Origin: an uncultured virus (IMG/VR IMGVR_UViG_3300038530_001278)
Lineage: Duplodnaviria > Heunggongvirae > Uroviricota > Caudoviricetes
IMG/VR virus record: IMGVR_UViG_3300038530_001278
Strand: one strand, 5' to 3'
Length of the DNA: 64,000 nucleotides
In this document: positions 59,301-64,000 of the stretch, in pieces
How positions within the stretch are numbered: position 1 is the first letter of the stretch
Layout: each line of letters opens with the position of its first letter
Program-made: the position numbers and the translations under genes
The notes under the pieces: model-generated
Database searches by the model: none
The model's input: the letters and a program-made list of their open reading frames with translations, nothing else
Told to the model about the DNA's origin: nothing

Positions 59301-62300
59301 GTTTCAGGACCAGAGTCTTTTATTAGAGGATACAATTGTTTTGCGAGCACTGGTATAAACTCTTTTCTTAACTTTCTAGTCATCGCATCATGAGTGCTCA
59401 CAGCATCTTGCAGTTTCTTTAACATCTTTTCGCTGTCTTTATACTCTGTAGTTTTAAGTTTTTCTCTAAACTCTTCAGGCAACTCCCTAATGAATCCCAT
59501 ATCTTCTAGTACAATTCTAAACCTTGTTAGATTTTCTATCATGTCTGTAAGTTTTCTTGGCTTACTAAGCAATGCATCTAAGGCTGCAGCTTGTGTTTTA
59601 ACATCATCATAGAAATCATCTATACTATTAAATACATCTTGCGATACTTTTATATCTGTTATAAGTTTGTTTAATCGTGCTTTTCTATTTCTTACAAACT
59701 CACTATTTTTTGCATTAGATAAATTTTGTAATTGTTTATTTAATAATATCAATACATTGTTTGTAGCATATCTATCAGGATCAATAGTTCTCATATTATT
59801 CAAGTCCTCGATAGTTTGTGGTGTAAAGGCTTGAAGTTTTAATATCATACCTTCTGTTTTTCTACCTTGTATGTATTGTTTTTCTAAAGCTGTTCCATTT
59901 TTCTTCCAATCTGCTAAACTTTCATATCCAAGCTGTACAGCTAGTGTTTCTTTTTGTGAGGGGCTCAGCGTTGCAAAGTGTCCTACAAGCTGCTTGTCTT
60001 TAATAGTTGCAAGTCCTCTGTCTAAAGTACCTTCAAACACATTTACTATTGATTCTACAATAGGCATTGCGTCTCCATCAAAAACCATCTGAGAAAACTC
60101 TTCATCTAATAACAGCTTATTTACATTAGAAGCTGGTGTTTTTATAACTATATCACTAAACATACTAGACTCACCTGCAGGTAGATTAAACATTCTATCT
60201 TTTGAAAACTGTGTGTAAGTATAGTCTTTAGTAAATAATCTATCTACGGGTTGTAGTATCGTAGCTAAGCTTTCTAGTTCTGTTCCTTTTTGTATATCAA
60301 TACCAAACAGTTTAGCTATAATATTGACAAACTTGCTCCACATACTTTGGTCAAGCCCTTCCTTATTTCTAGATTTCAAGTTATTTAAATCATCTATCAG
60401 TGCTTTATCTTTATAGATGAGATGTGTAATAATTTCTTCAGCTGCTTTTTCTTCGTCTTTATATCTTCTATTATAAGTATTAAATAGTCTTTGTATTCTT
60501 TTAGATCTTTCATCGTTTTTATGTCGTGTTAATAGATCTTTATACCAAGCTAGTACATCTTTTCTTAACTTAGTTTTTTCTTCTGCAGGCAAAATGTCAA
60601 GACCAGCATGCAATGCTTCTTCTAAAAATATTGTTTTCTCTAGACTGTTTAGGGTTATTACTCCTTGCATGTACGATGCTCCTGTAGCTGTTGGATCATA
60701 GACTACCTTTACTTTTGCTTTTTGTAGATTATTTATTAAAGGTTTAAACGCTTGTATACCAAGCTCTTCTGATATTTTTTCTACTGTATACTCTCCAGGA
60801 TCTAATACTTCCTCTTTTTCAAGAGGTGGTTTGAATTCTGTTTCTTCTTCTACAGCTCTTTGGATAAATACAGGTTTAGTTTTAGGTATAACTCCGGTTT
60901 CTTTTGCTTTCTTTAATGCATCGGAGAATTTTGTAAATATACTTGCAGGTAAATATCTAATAAAAGAATCATTTACAAATCCAAGTGCAGTTGTTGCAAA
61001 TAAATACTTTAATAGTTTATCAGCAAGACCCGGATTATCTTCAAACAGGTCTTCAAAGTTTCCTATAAATTGTCCTTCTAACTCTTTACTGATTTTACTC
61101 TGTGAGTCAGCTACTAATCTACCGTTTCTGATTTGTAACAATGCATGTAATGCAAAGTTCTTTTTATATTTAGGATTCTTTTTTAACTCTTGTATTTCTT
61201 GTATAAGTTTTTTAGCTTCATCAGCAGAAAAATTACCATAAACATCTACAAATACTCTTTGTACATCCTCTCGTTTTAAAAAGTTTTTATCTATTATATC
61301 ATTTATTGTATATACAACATTATTATTGTTTTGATATACAGGGTGTGCTCTTCTTAATGCTAGTTCATCATTTAATGTTTTTAGTAATCGTCCTCGTCTT
61401 TTGCCGTCTCTTACTATATCTTGTGATATTCCTCTTACAGTACTCAATACTCTCGTTAGTTCTCTTACAGTTGTGTTTGCTGGACCTTCTATTAAACTTT
61501 TAAATGTAGCAAGTATACCTGCTTGTCTACTAAGAAAGTCTGCTTCTGCATCAGTTCTAGGACCTTCTTGTAGTATCTCTTCAATATTGAATGGACCTTT
61601 AATATCTTGATCCATATTAGAACTAGTAATATCAATATTTTTCTTTGGGTTACCTTGTTTTACTTTTGCTCTTATTAAATCAAGAGCGTAGTTTTGACCT
61701 TTATAGTTTGAAGGAATTGTAGTAGTTTCCTGTAATTTTGTATAGTATTTTAATATAGGTTGATTTATAAATAATAGAGATCTAAGCTGTCCAGCTCCTA
61801 CTGCAATCAAGTCTAGTAAAACAGTTGTCATATCAGAACTTAAGTTTACTTGTGCAGCTAATCCTAATTTAGCATTGTCAACAAACAATGTTATAATAGA
61901 AGAGATTGAATCAAACTTACTTCTTACACCTTCTGTTATATTTAGATCTGATCCTATGTCATCTTCTTTTTGTATTGTATAACTTTTATACTCTTTACCA
62001 TCAAAGATTACACCCGTAGGTTTAGCTAACATGTCTTCTCCAAACTGTGTTAATATTGAATATGCAGAGTTACCATTAGCACTTATACCTACACCCTGTG
62101 CACTTCGTCTGTTTTCATTATGATAATCAAGTATACCTGTAACAGTAAAAGGAGATTTAGAAACTTCTCTTTCTCCATACATATCTACAAATGTTTGAGC
62201 TTGTCCTGCAGTAGCCGGTGTAAACATAACTTCTTGTACTTCAGGTCTATTAAACACCTCAAACATATTATCTAACATTTTATTGTGTGATACTTGTGGA

Positions 62301-64000
62301 TGTGTATATACAGCTTGTCCTTCTTCGTTTAGTAATCCTAACCTTTGCATTGCCTCTGTAGGTCCTATTTTATACACTTGTTGTGCTAGTTTCACATATT
62401 GATGATTAGACCAGTACTCTTTATACTGTTGTAAGTTTGGTTCATTGTCTAGTAGAACTCTAGTATTACCTTGTACTGTAGATGCATATCTATGTAAGTA
62501 TAGTTTATCTAAGTCATAGTCAGATCCTGCTACAGCTCCTATCTGTCTAGGAACAACAATTGTATCTCCATGTGAATCTTCTAAGAACCCTACAACCTTT
62601 AGAGGTATCATAGAGTGATAAGTTTGTACTGGTATACGTACACCAAATGCAGTTAGTAGTTTAGTAGGTACATCTTTAATATTAGTAAATTCATTTAGAT
62701 TAAAAAACTTTCTAGATGCTAGTATTTCAGCATACTCTATAGCTCCATTTTTATTTCTATGTATCTTTAGTGGTTGTCCTGTTTGTGGATTTACCATAAA
62801 ACTACTAGAAGCAAGTGTAGCTTGTCCTCCAACTACTTCACTACGTAAAGCATCTCTATTAAATATGTCTACAATAGATTGTATAATAAGACTTCTAACA
62901 TCTGGTAAATCTTCACTAAGAGTTTCTAACTTGTTTAATGTTTCTTCGTTCCTTATGCCTTTATTGTTATTAACTATTATTTGTTTTAGTAGTTCTATAT
63001 TATCCGGATCATTTACAATAGCATTTATTAATTGATAGAATGTATTTTTACTATCTGCACTTGCTTGATTCATAGCTTCTACTATAGCTCTACCGTCCCC
63101 TACAACAACAGAACCAATAAGATCATGCAATTGTTTTGCTTGTGTTGCATAGGTCTCTAACCCGTATTTAGACTTAGTTCTGTTTACTACTTGATCTCTT
63201 TCATATTGCATTTCTCCTTCCTGGATCAGATTATTAAACTGTCCTGCATCATCAGCAGTAGAGAAATAATTAGATGGTAAACTTTCTGGTGTCTTTCTTT
63301 TACTTGCACTTTCTGTTATTAAGTACATTACTTTTTGTGCATTAAGTGCATTATATATATTTAACAATACAGGATTACCAGCTACGTCTTGTTTTTCTGC
63401 CATCCTTTTTGTTATAATAAAGTCAGACTTTTTAAAGTATCTATTACCGTCTTCGTATACAGTCTTTGTACTATTTAAGTCAAGTTGATTTATTTCTCCT
63501 TGTGTAACAACTATATCCGGATCGTCTAAACTATCTCTTAGCTTTTCTAGTATTTTTCTTTGACTATCATTTTGATAGTTTTCTGATTCTAGTTCTCTGA
63601 CGGCATACATTTCAAGAGTCATAAATACTTGTGCATCATTTGCACTTACTCCCTGTTGACCAAATGCTTCATCTTCTGAAAGTATATCATCTTGTATTAC
63701 AACATACTTGTATCCTATGTTTCCTTTCTTAAGACCTGCAGCATTAAATCCAGCAAGTCGTTTTACAAAGTCTTTGTCATCTTTAAAGTTAGAGTCACCG
63801 AGAGCTAATTGTGTATAATTACCCCCGTATATAAGATAGTTTATAGCAAGGTTACCTATCTTAGAATTAATATTACCAACGGAAGGACCTGTTACTACTA
63901 ACTTGTTAATCTCATCTAATAGTCCTAGTTCTTCTACTCTTTCTCTTAGATCTCTTACCACTTCTTGTAACATTGGTAAGATTATATTTTGTTTTATAAA
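56393..64000 (-). CDS. Giant virion-packaged RNA polymerase polyprotein, 5'-truncated
   Basis: The frame stays open upstream of 63973 to the window edge (FIKQNIILPM). It contains VRIPVQ and AGSDYDLDKLY (double-psi beta-barrel DxDxD, about 62500-62530), matching crAss RNAP motifs. Confidence 0.9.
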   Translation of the reverse strand, partial: FIKQNIILPMLQEVVRDLRERVEELGLLDEINKLVVTGPSVGNINSKIGNLAINYLIYGGNYTQLALGDSNFKDDKDFVKRLAGFNAAGLKKGNIGYKYVVIQDDILSEDEAFGQQGVSANDAQVFMTLEMYAVRELESENYQNDSQRKILEKLRDSLDDPDIVVTQGEINQLDLNSTKTVYEDGNRYFKKSDFIITKRMAEKQDVAGNPVLLNIYNALNAQKVMYLITESASKRKTPESLPSNYFSTADDAGQFNNLIQEGEMQYERDQVVNRTKSKYGLETYATQAKQLHDLIGSVVVGDGRAIVEAMNQASADSKNTFYQLINAIVNDPDNIELLKQIIVNNNKGIRNEETLNKLETLSEDLPDVRSLIIQSIVDIFNRDALRSEVVGGQATLASSSFMVNPQTGQPLKIHRNKNGAIEYAEILASRKFFNLNEFTNIKDVPTKLLTAFGVRIPVQTYHSMIPLKVVGFLEDSHGDTIVVPRQIGAVAGSDYDLDKLYLHRYASTVQGNTRVLLDNEPNLQQYKEYWSNHQYVKLAQQVYKIGPTEAMQRLGLLNEEGQAVYTHPQVSHNKMLDNMFEVFNRPEVQEVMFTPATAGQAQTFVDMYGEREVSKSPFTVTGILDYHNENRRSAQGVGISANGNSAYSILTQFGEDMLAKPTGVIFDGKEYKSYTIQKEDDIGSDLNITEGVRSKFDSISSIITLFVDNAKLGLAAQVNLSSDMTTVLLDLIAVGAGQLRSLLFINQPILKYYTKLQETTTIPSNYKGQNYALDLIRAKVKQGNPKKNIDITSSNMDQDIKGPFNIEEILQEGPRTDAEADFLSRQAGILATFKSLIEGPANTTVRELTRVLSTVRGISQDIVRDGKRRGRLLKTLNDELALRRAHPVYQNNNNVVYTINDIIDKNFLKREDVQRVFVDVYGNFSADEAKKLIQEIQELKKNPKYKKNFALHALLQIRNGRLVADSQSKISKELEGQFIGNFEDLFEDNPGLADKLLKYLFATTALGFVNDSFIRYLPASIFTKFSDALKKAKETGVIPKTKPVFIQRAVEEETEFKPPLEKEEVLDPGEYTVEKISEELGIQAFKPLINNLQKAKVKVVYDPTATGASYMQGVITLNSLEKTIFLEEALHAGLDILPAEEKTKLRKDVLAWYKDLLTRHKNDERSKRIQRLFNTYNRRYKDEEKAAEEIITHLIYKDKALIDDLNNLKSRNKEGLDQSMWSKFVNIIAKLFGIDIQKGTELESLATILQPVDRLFTKDYTYTQFSKDRMFNLPAGESSMFSDIVIKTPASNVNKLLLDEEFSQMVFDGDAMPIVESIVNVFEGTLDRGLATIKDKQLVGHFATLSPSQKETLAVQLGYESLADWKKNGTALEKQYIQGRKTEGMILKLQAFTPQTIEDLNNMRTIDPDRYATNNVLILLNKQLQNLSNAKNSEFVRNRKARLNKLITDIKVSQDVFNSIDDFYDDVKTQAAALDALLSKPRKLTDMIENLTRFRIVLEDMGFIRELPEEFREKLKTTEYKDSEKMLKKLQDAVSTHDAMTRKLRKEFIPVLAKQLYPLIKDSGPETKKYIDTNLKSLNDQIAKLKASNLADKNERIKRAKARINKFTKLAEQAPQSEEDFAKFLMYSAHDMDWFGYMLMAPGTTSDPGLAALVNYSSALAIEARRRGINVANRLEDAENLLKQDRKEKGLGVESNPRKLYDAIIELKNNRGTGNRDVWTLVTKIDASAYDAAQKIEEDKITGNSKLMNELRAQVIKERDTKIDKITKAIETYKQQENQEAVASIISDLEARLQLLQSQKANGVKESEIVRLGLRKRKWFGKNVIPKSIDEIRAIMTRVGTDKKSWARSQMNSIAMFELGIITQEELDIMKVVEKQVYGFESKTPSYFGYQVTRPNDKYINKKWAALYDKNDKPKNKAGEAHQIFTNVYRDALSLVYKKQSVDMQLPSLRRGFLDRILDNTTFEGIKREISRLFTVDEDDAFVYGYAALQGQSRNYAPVYFMDDIAADEVSLDIKSSIMTFYNAALRTEQNNEVLKIAYMLRDVYAQTRVAKPEQSDIIGIQKMGRKVANMKQGQSYVGARLEKYIEMVLLGKTKNIESVNIFGKDIQLDKLIDTMLGYTAITTLGLDFLKGGRNYLTAVWQQGIEAGASRANKGKISVNEFISGHAEMIRETKNLMDDKYKKSGNYSYLGQLLLYFDAIQGNFDDFASGKQTTGRTMIRQTIANPDNLLINYHIGEVLAQGGATIALLRKRKVTLGGNEVSLYDAFTIKDGKFQMIEGTEAEQLAAKEVVRKTVVELSEMNRRLNGNYKTIDKSVLSQSAAGRMLELFRKFLVPTMMNRWRVDFVNHEKGEPDGGFYRRSINNMWNAWKTSAESTLVKKALDTYKRSTLTPQDKESLFKVLNELITLAILSTVLGVVASLQDDDEEEAPVSIYYLMYILQTTRAELLAFTPTPYAVTEMLRILRSPTAMSTGIERTMKLLSQLGAPFEEYERATGPWDKGENKLKVRALQWLGISGTRFDPELALRNFVNIQNR

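Noticed and set aside
58119..61610. Plus-strand ORFs inside the RNAP gene
   Set aside because: Antisense shadows.
1..64000. Stop-codon reassignment, as in some crAss clades
   Set aside because: Genes are long and intact under code 11, and TAG and TGA end genes at sensible boundaries (e.g. 36987, 44278).
1..64000. CRISPR array, DGR, shufflon, integrase, tRNA genes, introns or inteins
   Set aside because: I saw no regularly spaced repeats, reverse transcriptase, recombinase or full cloverleaf. terL, polA and the major capsid gene are uninterrupted. This was manual inspection only.

Overview
This window is about 64 kb of an AT-rich lytic phage genome with Crassvirales (crAss-like) architecture. 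The host is probably a Bacteroidetes/Flavobacteria species, inferred from TAnnTTTG promoter boxes, A-rich starts without obvious Shine-Dalgarno motifs, and a DUF4846-like gene. Positions 1-36.4 kb are a minus-strand late module: terminase, portal, scaffold, major capsid protein, ring proteins, a muzzle/tail-stabilisation protein that runs off the left edge, tail fibres and an M15 endolysin. Positions 36.4-36.8 kb are a non-coding strand-switch region with a scaffold gap and GC-rich structured sequence. Positions 36.8-56.3 kb are a plus-strand early/replication module: small early genes, PolA, SF2 and DnaB helicases, Sak4-like ATPase, SSB, primase, resolvase, rIIA/rIIB, a PD-(D/E)XK nuclease and UDG. 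Positions 56.4-64 kb hold the 5'-truncated giant virion RNA polymerase gene on the minus strand. The most interesting signals are: (1) a pseudoknot-like non-coding element at the strand switch; (2) a first early gene that shares a motif with a second, SSB-like early gene, set among long hairpins that could act with the virion RNAP; (3) an RNAP polyprotein with a degenerate zincin motif and a hydrophobic C-terminus; (4) a divergent Acb2/Tad1-like anti-defence candidate; (5) adhesin-type domains (VWA, CBM-like) inserted into core tail proteins. All family assignments come from motif recognition by eye. No database search was run. The standard genetic code fits, and I saw no tRNA, CRISPR array, integrase, intron or DGR.
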